A stretch of 64,000 bases of DNA from an uncultured Actinomycetes bacterium (lineage in GTDB: Bacteria; Actinomycetota; Thermoleophilia; Gaiellales; JAICJC01), in NCBI GenBank assembly GCA_963737445.1, contig CAVTSO010000002.1:47474-111473 (forward strand), read 5' to 3'. Position 1 is the stretch's first letter. Each line of letters opens with the position of its first letter. The position numbers were made by a program, and so were the translations under genes. Below the pieces are notes generated by a model, which ran no database searches, was not told the origin of the DNA, and was given only the letters and a program-made list of their open reading frames with translations. Below are positions 51,115 to 58,892 of the stretch, one piece after another.

Positions 51115-52230
51115 GTGATCGGTGCGACCCTCACGAGCCCGGTGCAGCTGGTCCTGGACAAGGCGCTGTCCGGCGAGCGCATCTCCGACGACAATGCGCG
51201 CACGCTGCTCGAGTCGCGCGAGCTGGTGCGGATCGGACGCGCCGCCCACGAGCTGCGCTGCCGGCGGACGCCCGCCGACCGGGTCACGTTCATTGTCGAC
51301 CGCAACCTCAACTACACGAACATCTGCTACACCGACTGCAACTTCTGCGCCTTCTACCGCCGGCCCGGTGACAGGCGCGAGGGCTACACGCTGCCGCGGC
51401 CGGTGATCTACAAGAAGATCGAGGAGACGCTGGCGCTGGGCGGGACGGCGCTGCTGATGCAGGGCGGCCACAACCCCGAGCTGGGCATCGACTGGTATGA
51501 GGACCTGTTCCGGTCGATCAAGGCGCGCTACCCGATCCACCTGCACGCGCTGTCGCCGAGCGAGGTGCAGCACATCGCGCGCAAGGCCAAGCTGACGCCG
51601 TCCGAGACGCTCTCGCGGCTGCGCGACGCCGGCCTCGACTCGCTGCCGGGCGGCGGCGCCGAGATCCTGGTCGATCGCGTGCGCACCATCATCTCGCCGA
51701 TCAAGACCACCTCCGACGAGTGGCTGGGGATCATGCGGGCGGCCCACCGCCTCGGCATGAGCACCACCGCCACCATGATGTGGGGCCACGTCGAGACGCT
51801 GGACGAGCGGGTCGAGCACCTGCGGCGGATCCGCGAGCTGCAGGACGAGATGCACGGCTTCCGTGCGTTCATCAGCTGGACGTTCCAGCCCGACAACACG
51901 GAGCTGGCGCAGCAGGTGACCTGGTACCCGACCAGCTTCGACTACCTGCTGATGCAGGCGGTCAGCCGCATCTACCTCGACAACGTCGACCACATCCAGA
52001 GCTCGTGGGTGACGCAGGGCATCAAGATCGGTCAGGTGGCGCTGTTCTACGGCGCGGACGACATGGGCTCAATCATGATCGAGGAGAACGTGGTATCGGC
52101 GGCGGGCACGACCCACCGGGCGGGCGTCGAGGACTTCCTGCACACGATCCGCAACGCGGGCTTCCGGCCGTCGCAGCGAGACACGCTGTACCGGACGGTG
52201 CGCGACTTCCCGCTCGCCGCCGCGTCGTGA
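51115..52230 (+). CDS. mqnC: radical-SAM cyclic dehypoxanthinyl futalosine synthase
   Basis: NYTNICYTDCNFCAF cluster and LMQGGHNPELGIDWYEDL...IHLHALSPSEV, the pattern I associate with MqnC. Confidence 0.7.
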   Translation: MIGATLTSPVQLVLDKALSGERISDDNARTLLESRELVRIGRAAHELRCRRTPADRVTFIVDRNLNYTNICYTDCNFCAFYRRPGDRREGYTLPRPVIYKKIEETLALGGTALLMQGGHNPELGIDWYEDLFRSIKARYPIHLHALSPSEVQHIARKAKLTPSETLSRLRDAGLDSLPGGGAEILVDRVRTIISPIKTTSDEWLGIMRAAHRLGMSTTATMMWGHVETLDERVEHLRRIRELQDEMHGFRAFISWTFQPDNTELAQQVTWYPTSFDYLLMQAVSRIYLDNVDHIQSSWVTQGIKIGQVALFYGADDMGSIMIEENVVSAAGTTHRAGVEDFLHTIRNAGFRPSQRDTLYRTVRDFPLAAAS

Positions 52231-52634
52231 AGGCATCCGTCTCGAGGCGGATGCCGTCGGCCGCCCCGCAGGACGTCTGGGACGTGATCAGCGATCCCCA
52301 CCGCCACGTGCTCACCCTGCCGAGATCGGTGTCGCAGATCGAGGTGCTCGGCTCCGGTGAGATCTCGTGCACGGTGTCGGCGATGGGCAAGAGCGAGCGG
52401 ATGCTGGTGCGGCGGACAGAGCTGGAGCCGCCGCGGCGCCTGGTGGAGCAGCGGGTGGACGGCACCCGTGAGGGCAGCACGGAGTTCGTGGTCGAGCCGG
52501 ACGGCGGCGGCAGCCGCGTCACGCTCACCGCCGTCGTGGAGCTGCCGCGGCTGCTGGCGGTGCTGGCCAAGGGGCCGATCGAGCACGGCCTCAAGCGGCA
52601 GCTGGAGCTGCTCGAGCAGGAGGCATCTTCGTGA
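52227..52634 (+). CDS. SRPBCC (START/polyketide-cyclase-like) family protein
   Basis: GTG 52227 overlaps the mqnC stop (GTGA). About 135 aa with APQDVWDVISDPHRH...GSRVTLTAVVELP, typical of small SRPBCC proteins. Confidence 0.6.
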   Translation: MKASVSRRMPSAAPQDVWDVISDPHRHVLTLPRSVSQIEVLGSGEISCTVSAMGKSERMLVRRTELEPPRRLVEQRVDGTREGSTEFVVEPDGGGSRVTLTAVVELPRLLAVLAKGPIEHGLKRQLELLEQEASS

Positions 52635-53456
52635 GCGGCGCCATGGACTGGGCGGCGAACGACCCCGGCGCGCCGGCCAGCTACGAGCGGTATCTGGCGC
52701 CGGCCATGTTCCTGCCGCTGGCGGAGGCGGTGACGGATGCGGTCGAGGTCAGGTCCGGCGAGCGCGCGCTCGACGTCGCCTGCGGGACGGGCGTACTCAC
52801 CCGCACGATCGCCTCCCGTAGCGGCTCCGGCGGGCACGTCACCGGGCTTGATCTGGGCGAGGGCATGCTCGCCCGGGCGCGCACGTGGCCGCCCGTCGAG
52901 GGCGATGCGCCGATCGACTACGTGCAGGGCTCCGCGGACGAGCTGCCGTTCGAGGACGGGGCGTTCACCGTGGTCACCTGCCAGCAGGGGCTGCAGTTCT
53001 TTCCGGACCGGGACGCGGCGGTGCGCGAGTTTCGGCGGGTGCTTGCGCCGGGCGGCAGGCTGGCGGTCGCATGCTGGACCGACCTGCCGGACACGGCTGG
53101 GTGGTATGCCCTGACCGAGGCCATCGAGCGCCATATCGGCCGCGACGTCGCAGACATCCTGCGGGCGCCGTACGTGCTGTCCGATCCAGGCGAGCTGCGG
53201 CGGCTGCTGGAGGAGGCGGGATACGACGACGTCGTGATCGAGATCGAGCGTGTGCGTGCCCGGTTCGCCGGCGGCCCGGGGCAGTTCGCCGCCGGGGTTG
53301 CCGGGTCGAACCCCGCCGCCGGGCCCGTTCGCCGCAGCCGGCGACGACCGGCGGGCAGCCGTCGTGACGGAGCTGGCACCGAAGTTGGAGCACCTCCGCG
53401 CCGACGGCCACATCACGTTCGAGATGCCGTCCCTGATCGCCGTGGCGCGTGTCTGA
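52631..53456 (+). pseudogene. class-I SAM-dependent methyltransferase with an apparent 1-nt insertion in the CCC run 53324-53326 (or a sequencing indel)
   Basis: Motif I LDVACGTGVLT. The frame of ORF 52631 becomes Arg/Gly junk after ...GSNPAAG. The +1 frame (ORF 53250..53456) carries a natural C-terminus PFAAAGDDRRAAVVTELAPKLEHLRADGHITFEMPSLIAVARV*. Confidence 0.6.
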
Positions 53457-53462
53457 CCCGGC

Positions 53463-54056
53463 GTGCTGACGTCGCTGGCGAACTGGGTGCAGGACCAGGT
53501 GGCGGCGCACGGCCTGACCGCCATCTTCGTGCTGATGGTGCTCGAGAGCGCGTGCATTCCGATCCCCAGCGAGGTGACGATGGTGTACGCCGGCTACCTG
53601 GTGTCGCAGGGCGACCTGGTGTTCTGGCAGGCGGTGCTGGTGGGCGCGTTTGCCAACCTCGTGGGCTCGTGGATCGCGTGGGGGGTGGGGGCCTACGGCG
53701 TCGACTACGCGATCCTGCGGCACGACCACAGCACCCGGCGCATCGACCAGGCGCAGCGCTGGTTCGAGCGCTACGGCACGCCGGTGGTGTTCTTCGCGCG
53801 GATGGTGCCGCTGGTGCGCACGTTCATCTCGCTGCCGGCCGGTGTGGCGCGGATGCCGCTGCTGCGGTTCTCCGTGCTGACGTTCCTGGGCTGCCTGCCC
53901 TGGTGCTTCCTGCTGGTCTGGATCGGCGACGCGGCCGGCGCGAACTGGGACACCTGGCACCACCGGCTGGGCTACCTCGACTACCTGGTCGTGGCGGCTG
54001 CGGTGGCGCTCGCGGGCTGGTGGCTACTGCGACGACGGCGGCAGTCGGCCGTCTAG
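53463..54056 (+). CDS. DedA family membrane protein
   Basis: 197-aa ORF with ESACIPIPSEV and FFARMVPLVRTFISLPAG motifs. Confidence 0.85.
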   Translation: MLTSLANWVQDQVAAHGLTAIFVLMVLESACIPIPSEVTMVYAGYLVSQGDLVFWQAVLVGAFANLVGSWIAWGVGAYGVDYAILRHDHSTRRIDQAQRWFERYGTPVVFFARMVPLVRTFISLPAGVARMPLLRFSVLTFLGCLPWCFLLVWIGDAAGANWDTWHHRLGYLDYLVVAAAVALAGWWLLRRRRQSAV

Positions 54057-54069
54057 ACTCGTCCTCCTT

Positions 54070-55179
54070 GTGTCGGTTCCTTTGATGGATATCAAGGCGC
54101 AGTACGAGGATCTGCTGCCCGAGATAAAGCAGCTCGTCGGCGACGTGATCGACTCCGGCCGGTTCATCCTCGGCCCCAACGTGCGGGCGCTCGAGGTCGA
54201 GGTGGCGGCGTCGGTCGGCTACGGGCACGCGGTGGCCGTCGCAAACGGCACCGACGCGCTCGAGCTGGGGCTGCAGGCGCTCGGCATCGGCCCCGGGGAC
54301 GAGGTCGTGACCACCGCCTACACCTTCTTTGCGACCGCCGAGGCGATCGCGCGCCGCGGGGCGACGCCGGTGTTCGCCGACATCGACCCGGTGTCCCTGT
54401 GCCTCGACCCGGACGCGGCCGAGGCGGCCATCACGGAGCGCACGCGGGCCGTGATGCCGGTCCACATCTTCGGCAAGACGGCTGACCTGCGCGCCTTTCG
54501 GGAGCTGGCCGACCGGCACGGGATCGCGCTGATCGAGGATGCGGCGCAGGCGTTCGGCGCGACCTTCGAGGGGTACCGGGCCGGCAGCTACGGCGACGTG
54601 GCCACGTTCTCGTTCTTCCCGACCAAGAACTTCCCGGCGATGGGCGACGCCGGCATGGCGATCGCCTCCAGCGAGGAGATCGCCGAGAAAGTGCGGCTGC
54701 TGCGGTTTCACGGGTCGCGAGACAAGCGGGTGTTCGAGCAGATCGGCGTCAACTCGCGGCTGGACGAGATGCAGGCGGTGATCCTGCGGCGGTTCCTGCC
54801 CGAGGTGGATGGGTGGAACGAGGGCCGCGTGGCGGCGGCCGCCCGCTACCGCGAGCTGGGGCTGGGCGAGCACGTGTCGCTGCCCGAGGCCGCTCCCGGG
54901 CGCTCGCACATCTACCACCTGTACGTGGTGCGGACGCCGGCCCGCGAGCAGCTGCAGCGGCGGCTGAAGGAGGCGGGGGTCGCGTCGGCCGTGTACTACG
55001 GCCGGCCGCACCACCTGCAGCCGGTGTTCCGGCACCTGGGCTACCGGGAGGGATCACTGCCCGTGACGGAGGCGGCGTCCCGCGAGGGGCTGGCGCTGCC
55101 GATGTTCCCGACGCTCGTCGAGGAGCAGCAGCGCGAGGTCGTGAATGCGGTGCGCGGCGCGGCCTCGGCCGCGGCGTAG
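54070..55179 (+). CDS. DegT/DnrJ/EryC1/StrS-family sugar aminotransferase
   Basis: NGTDALELGL and PLP-Lys region FSFFPTKN. The family-typical start is MDIKAQYEDL (ATG 54085). Confidence 0.85.
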   Translation: MSVPLMDIKAQYEDLLPEIKQLVGDVIDSGRFILGPNVRALEVEVAASVGYGHAVAVANGTDALELGLQALGIGPGDEVVTTAYTFFATAEAIARRGATPVFADIDPVSLCLDPDAAEAAITERTRAVMPVHIFGKTADLRAFRELADRHGIALIEDAAQAFGATFEGYRAGSYGDVATFSFFPTKNFPAMGDAGMAIASSEEIAEKVRLLRFHGSRDKRVFEQIGVNSRLDEMQAVILRRFLPEVDGWNEGRVAAAARYRELGLGEHVSLPEAAPGRSHIYHLYVVRTPAREQLQRRLKEAGVASAVYYGRPHHLQPVFRHLGYREGSLPVTEAASREGLALPMFPTLVEEQQREVVNAVRGAASAAA

Positions 55180-55191
55180 CATCTGACGCCC

Positions 55192-56209
55192 GTGCGCGTC
55201 TGGATCGACCTCACCAACTCGCCCCACGTGCCCATCTTCGCGCCGCTGGTGCGCCGGATGCAGGCGCGTGGGTGGGACGTGTCGGTGACGGCGCGGGCGT
55301 TCGCGCAGACGATCTCGCTGCTGGAGCTGCACGGGATCGAGCACACCGTGGTCGGGCATCACGGCGGCGGGTCGCGGCTGGGCAAGGCGCGGGCGGCGGC
55401 CGGCAGGGTGACGGCGATGACCCGGTTCGGGCGGCGTGGCCGCTTCGACGTGGCGTGGGCGCACGGATCGACCGACCTGCCGATGGCGTGCCGTGCGCTG
55501 CGGGTGCCGAACACGACGATGTTCGACTACGAATACGCGCGGCTGCAGCACGGGCTCAACTGCCGGCTGGCGCAGCGGGTGCTGATGCCCGACGCGATCC
55601 CGCCCGAGCGGGTGGCTGGGTACGGCGCGCGTCCGCCCAAGCTGGTCGCGTACCCGGGCCTCAAGGAGGAGTACTACCTGGCCAATTTCCGGCCGGACGC
55701 GGCGGTGCCCGTGGCGCTGGGACTGGACGGCGAGCGGATTGGCCTGGTGCTGCGACCGCCGGCCGACCTGGCGCTCTACCACAGGTTCGAGAACCCGCTG
55801 TTCGACGCGCTGCTCGAGCATCTGGGCCGGAGCGAGCAGGTGCGCGGGGTGGTGCTGCCGCGCACGCCGGGTCAGGCACAGCGGATACGGGCGATGGCCC
55901 TGCCCTCGCTGCTCGTGCCGGAGTCCGCGGTGGACGGTCAGAGCCTGGTGGCGGGCGCCGATCTCGTGATCAGCGCGGGGGGCACCATGAACCGCGAGGC
56001 GGTGGTGCTGGGCACGCCGGTCTACACGACCTTCGCCGGGCGACTGGGCGGGGTCGACGAGCGGCTGATCGCGGAGGGGCGGCTTGCGCCCGCTGGAGCG
56101 GCTGGAGGATCTGGTGCTGGAACGCAAGCCCGCGTCCGCACACGGCCGCGTCCGGCGCGACCCCGACCGTCTGATCGACCTGGCCGTACAAGGCCTGGTG
56201 CGCCGCTGA
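55192..56209 (+). pseudogene. DUF354-family protein with an apparent 1-nt insertion near 56083-56086 (or a sequencing indel)
   Basis: N-terminus MRVWIDLTNSPHVPIFAPLV...TARAFAQTISLLELHGIEH is typical for DUF354. After ...IAEGRL the frame gives Ala/Gly/Arg/Pro junk to 56226, while the +1 frame reads LRPLERLEDLVLERKPASAHGRVRRDPDRLIDLAVQGLVRR* and stops at 56207-56209. Confidence 0.6.
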
Positions 56210-56267
56210 CCCGCCGCCGTCCATAAGCGTTTCGACGACCCGTGCGGCGAACGGTCGGCGCGCGCGG

Positions 56268-56409
56268 GTGATACGGAGGTGCCGGGCACCGTCGTACCAC
56301 GCGTGACCTCGGACGTCACGTCGTCGTGACCGAATCCGGCCGAAACACGCGCGTGGGCGTCACGGCGTTTGCACGGCTGATGGAACGGTGCCCGGCACCT
56401 CTCTATCAC
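56268..56409. repeat. 142-bp palindromic element: 25-nt inverted repeat arms (23/25, 17 nt perfect) enclosing GTGAC-N7-GTCAC-N6-GTGAC
   Basis: GTGATACGGAGGTGCCGGGCACCGT (56268-56292) versus ACGGTGCCCGGCACCTCTCTATCAC (56385-56409). Each arm contains the palindrome GGTGCC-S-GGCACC. Confidence 0.7.
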
Positions 56410-56422
56410 CTCTCTATCACCT
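56396..56422 (+). repeat. tandem 11-nt repeat CACCTCTCTAT, about 2.5 copies
   Basis: CACCTCTCTAT CACCTCTCTAT CACCT read directly. The first unit overlaps the right arm of the inverted repeat. Confidence 0.8.
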
Positions 56423-56425
56423 GCG

Positions 56426-56440
56426 ATAAGCTTTGATTAT
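56426..56440 (+). promoter_or_regulatory. LTTR-box-like dyad ATAA-N7-TTAT (T-N11-A) overlapping a TAAGCT -10-like hexamer and the lysR-like ATG
   Basis: ATAAGCTTTGATTAT. TAAGCT at 56427-56432 is 6 nt upstream of ATG 56439. Confidence 0.4.
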
Positions 56441-57338
56441 GGATCTGCGACAGCTGCGCACCCTTGCCGAGGTGGCCGACCGCGGCTCGTTCTCGGCCGC
56501 GGCCGAGGCGCTTGGCGTCAGCCAGCCGGCCGTCAGCCAGCAGATACGCGCACTTGAGCGCGAGATCGGCGAGCCGTTGCTCGACCGCGGCGGCCGTGGC
56601 GCGCGCCTCACCGAGCGGGGCGTCATGGTGCAGCGCTACGCGCAGCGGATGCTTGCGCTGTCGGACGAGTTCCAACGCGAGCTGGCCGACGGGGACGGTG
56701 AGCTGACCGGATCGCTGGTCGTGGGATCCAGCACGGGACTCGGCGAGCACGTGCTGCCGCTGCTGCTGGGGGGTTTCCGCGCGGAGCATCCCAAGGTGAC
56801 GGTATCGCTGCGGATCGAGGCCACCTCAACGGTGATCGACCGTGTGCTGGCCCGCGAGCTCGAGCTGGGCGTGGTCGGCGCGACGCGACCCCACCGCGCC
56901 CTCAACTACGAGCCGTTCCTGCGCGACCGCGTGGTGCTGGCCGTACCGGCCGGCCACCCCTTTGCCGGCCGCACCGTCGAGCTAGACGAGCTGGTGCGCG
57001 AACCGCTGATCCTGATGCAGGCGGGAGCCGGCGTCCGCACCGTGATCGAGGAGGAGCTGCGCCGCGCCGGAGTGCGGCCCCGCGACCTGAACGTGGCCAT
57101 GGAGCTGGGCCTGCAGGAGTCGGCCAAGGCGGCCGTCGAGGCCGGATTCGGGGTCAGCTTCCTCTCGCAGCTGGCCGTCGAGCGGGAGCTCGAGCGCGGG
57201 ACGCTGGCAACGGCCGACGTAGCCGGGATCGACCCGGTGCGCGACTTTGCCACCGTGCGGCCGGCCACCCAGCAGCCGGGACGCCTGGTGGCATCGTTCC
57301 TGGCCTGGAGTCAGGCCTGGCTGGCGCGCAGGTTCTGA
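56439..57338 (+). CDS. LysR-family transcriptional regulator
   Basis: MDLRQLRTLAEVADRGSFSAAAEALGVSQPAVSQQIRALE HTH plus a substrate-binding domain. The ORF track starts at TTG 56433. Confidence 0.85.
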   Translation: MDLRQLRTLAEVADRGSFSAAAEALGVSQPAVSQQIRALEREIGEPLLDRGGRGARLTERGVMVQRYAQRMLALSDEFQRELADGDGELTGSLVVGSSTGLGEHVLPLLLGGFRAEHPKVTVSLRIEATSTVIDRVLARELELGVVGATRPHRALNYEPFLRDRVVLAVPAGHPFAGRTVELDELVREPLILMQAGAGVRTVIEEELRRAGVRPRDLNVAMELGLQESAKAAVEAGFGVSFLSQLAVERELERGTLATADVAGIDPVRDFATVRPATQQPGRLVASFLAWSQAWLARRF

Positions 57339-57352
57339 GCGGTTCGCGCGGC

Positions 57353-57377
57353 GGGCCGTCCCCAGGGAGGACGGCCC
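57353..57377. terminator. GC-rich hairpin between the convergent lysR-like gene and the small ORF (possible bidirectional terminator)
   Basis: GGGCCGTCC-ccaggga-GGACGGCCC, a 9-bp perfect stem 15 nt after the lysR-like stop. No U-tract. Confidence 0.4.
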
Positions 57378-57395
57378 GTCGCCTTCACGTCCCGG

Positions 57396-57566
57396 TCAGG
57401 CCGCGTCGCGAAGTTCGCGCTCGCCGCCGCTGGCCCGGGGCGGATCCTCTCCGTGGAAGTACCACGCCAGCAGTCGCTGGATCTCCATTGGATCGTGTTC
57501 GGGCATCTCGTCCGCGTGCGATGGCTGCACGGGTGCGAGCTCCCGCGTGGGCTCTGCCTCGCTCAT
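57396..57566 (-). CDS. small acidic hypothetical protein (56 aa)
   Basis: Own translation: MSEAEPTRELAPVQPSHADEMPEHDPMEIQRLLAWYFHGEDPPRASGGERELRDAA*. Preceded by GGGGGGGAGACCAG (a Shine-Dalgarno (SD) sequence, GGAG, 5 nt from the ATG). Below the ORF-track size cutoff. Confidence 0.3.
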   Translation of the reverse strand: MSEAEPTRELAPVQPSHADEMPEHDPMEIQRLLAWYFHGEDPPRASGGERELRDAA

Positions 57567-57674
57567 CTGGTCTCCCCCCCAGCGTGAGTTGGAATCGGAT
57601 CGATCCCATGTACTGAAGAGATCGGATCAAGGCCAGGATCGGCGTATCCCCCGTCCCGGTGTGCAAGGAACCGC

Positions 57675-57947
57675 TTACGGGGATCCGGTTTCCCCCGTCC
57701 AGCTGTCCAGATCCTGCCAGTAGCTGCGGCTGAGCGCGTCGGCCAGACGGGGGTCGGTGTGTGCTGCGTAGAAAACGTTTCGCTGGGTGTCGGCGCAGAC
57801 CTCGATCTCAGACAGGCGCACGCCCGGGCCCAGCGCGACCACGATGTCGGCCGCCAGCTGGAGCTCATCGGCCGTGTAGTGCTTGAAGTGCAGGTCGGGG
57901 GCGCGGTCGAGCAGCTCCGGCCACTCCGGGCAGGAGCGGGTGCTCAT
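57675..57947 (-). CDS. hypothetical protein (90 aa)
   Basis: MSTRSCPEWPELLDRAPDLHFKHY... The ATG overlaps the stop of the Wzz-like gene (ATGA). No family recognised. Confidence 0.4.
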   Translation of the reverse strand: MSTRSCPEWPELLDRAPDLHFKHYTADELQLAADIVVALGPGVRLSEIEVCADTQRNVFYAAHTDPRLADALSRSYWQDLDSWTGETGSP

Positions 57948-58852
57948 GGCGCGGCCGCCGGTTCGGTTTTGCGCGGGCGGCGGCGAATGGAATCCCACAG
58001 GAGCGCGAGGATCACGCCCACGACCAGGCCCACGAAGATGGCCACGATCAGCCTGCTCTTGCGGTTGGACGCGGTGACGCGGCCGCCGGATGGGGTCTGC
58101 ACGTATCCGGCCGCCTCCACGTCCTTTGCGCTGGCCTGGAACAACTGGTTCTGGGTCAGCTGCAGGGAGATCTCGTCGATGCGCGAGCCGGTGTCGGAGA
58201 TGGTCGAGAGCAGCGCCGCCGAGACGGTCGCCTTGTCGGTGCTCGACATGCCCGAGCCGCCCAGCGCCTTCAGCTGGTTCTGGGCCGCCGTCAGCGTCTG
58301 CTGGAGGGTGGCGATCGTTGCCTTGTCGGTCGCGATCTGGGCCGTCAGCGCGTCGATCTTCGCGGTCTGGTACTTGTTGGCCCAGGCAATCAGCGAGTCG
58401 CCCAGCGACTGCACCGCAGCCTGCGCGGACGTGCGGTCATAGGGGCCCTGCACCGTGATCTGCATGTTGGGCGTGGCGCCCGTGGACTTGGTGGTGGTGC
58501 TCTGCAGCGCGGTCACGCTGAGGTGCTTCCGCAGGGCGGCGCCGGACTTGATGCCGGCCTTGGAGGCGGCGGCGTCCAGCACGGAGCTCGTGTGCAGGAA
58601 GGCCTGGGCGCTGGTGGGATTGGCCACGACCGAGTTCAGCTGGGCCGATCCACCGGTGGGAGTCAGCGGCGTGCCCAGGAACACCGTCGCCTGGGCCTGG
58701 GACTGCTTCCCGGTGCCGACCGTGTGCAGGACCACCAGCAGCACGGCCACCACGACCGTGGCCAGGACGATGTACCAGTTGCGGATGACGCGTCCGGCGT
58801 ACTCGGACAGGCGCACCTCGCCGTCCTGGTCGGGGCTGGGGTTCTGGGACAC
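57944..58852 (-). CDS. Wzz/PCP-like polysaccharide chain-length determinant
   Basis: LSEYAGRVIRNWYIVLATVVVAVLLVVL N-terminal TM, a long Ala/Thr/Gln coiled-coil periplasmic region, and a C-terminal TM LIVAIFVGLVVGVILALLW. GTG 58852 was chosen because ATG 58900 would overlap the divergent gene. Confidence 0.6.
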   Translation of the reverse strand: MSQNPSPDQDGEVRLSEYAGRVIRNWYIVLATVVVAVLLVVLHTVGTGKQSQAQATVFLGTPLTPTGGSAQLNSVVANPTSAQAFLHTSSVLDAAASKAGIKSGAALRKHLSVTALQSTTTKSTGATPNMQITVQGPYDRTSAQAAVQSLGDSLIAWANKYQTAKIDALTAQIATDKATIATLQQTLTAAQNQLKALGGSGMSSTDKATVSAALLSTISDTGSRIDEISLQLTQNQLFQASAKDVEAAGYVQTPSGGRVTASNRKSRLIVAIFVGLVVGVILALLWDSIRRRPRKTEPAAAP

Positions 58853-58892
58853 GGCGCCGAAGTCTACCGATAGGCTGCGCTGCGAAACGCCG

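Noticed and set aside
5980-56226. Programmed ribosomal frameshifting as the explanation for the four frame breaks.
   Set aside because: There is no slippery heptamer or downstream pseudoknot at any site. Three breaks sit in 2-3 nt homopolymers and the gene families are not known to use recoding. Indel error or pseudogenisation is more parsimonious.
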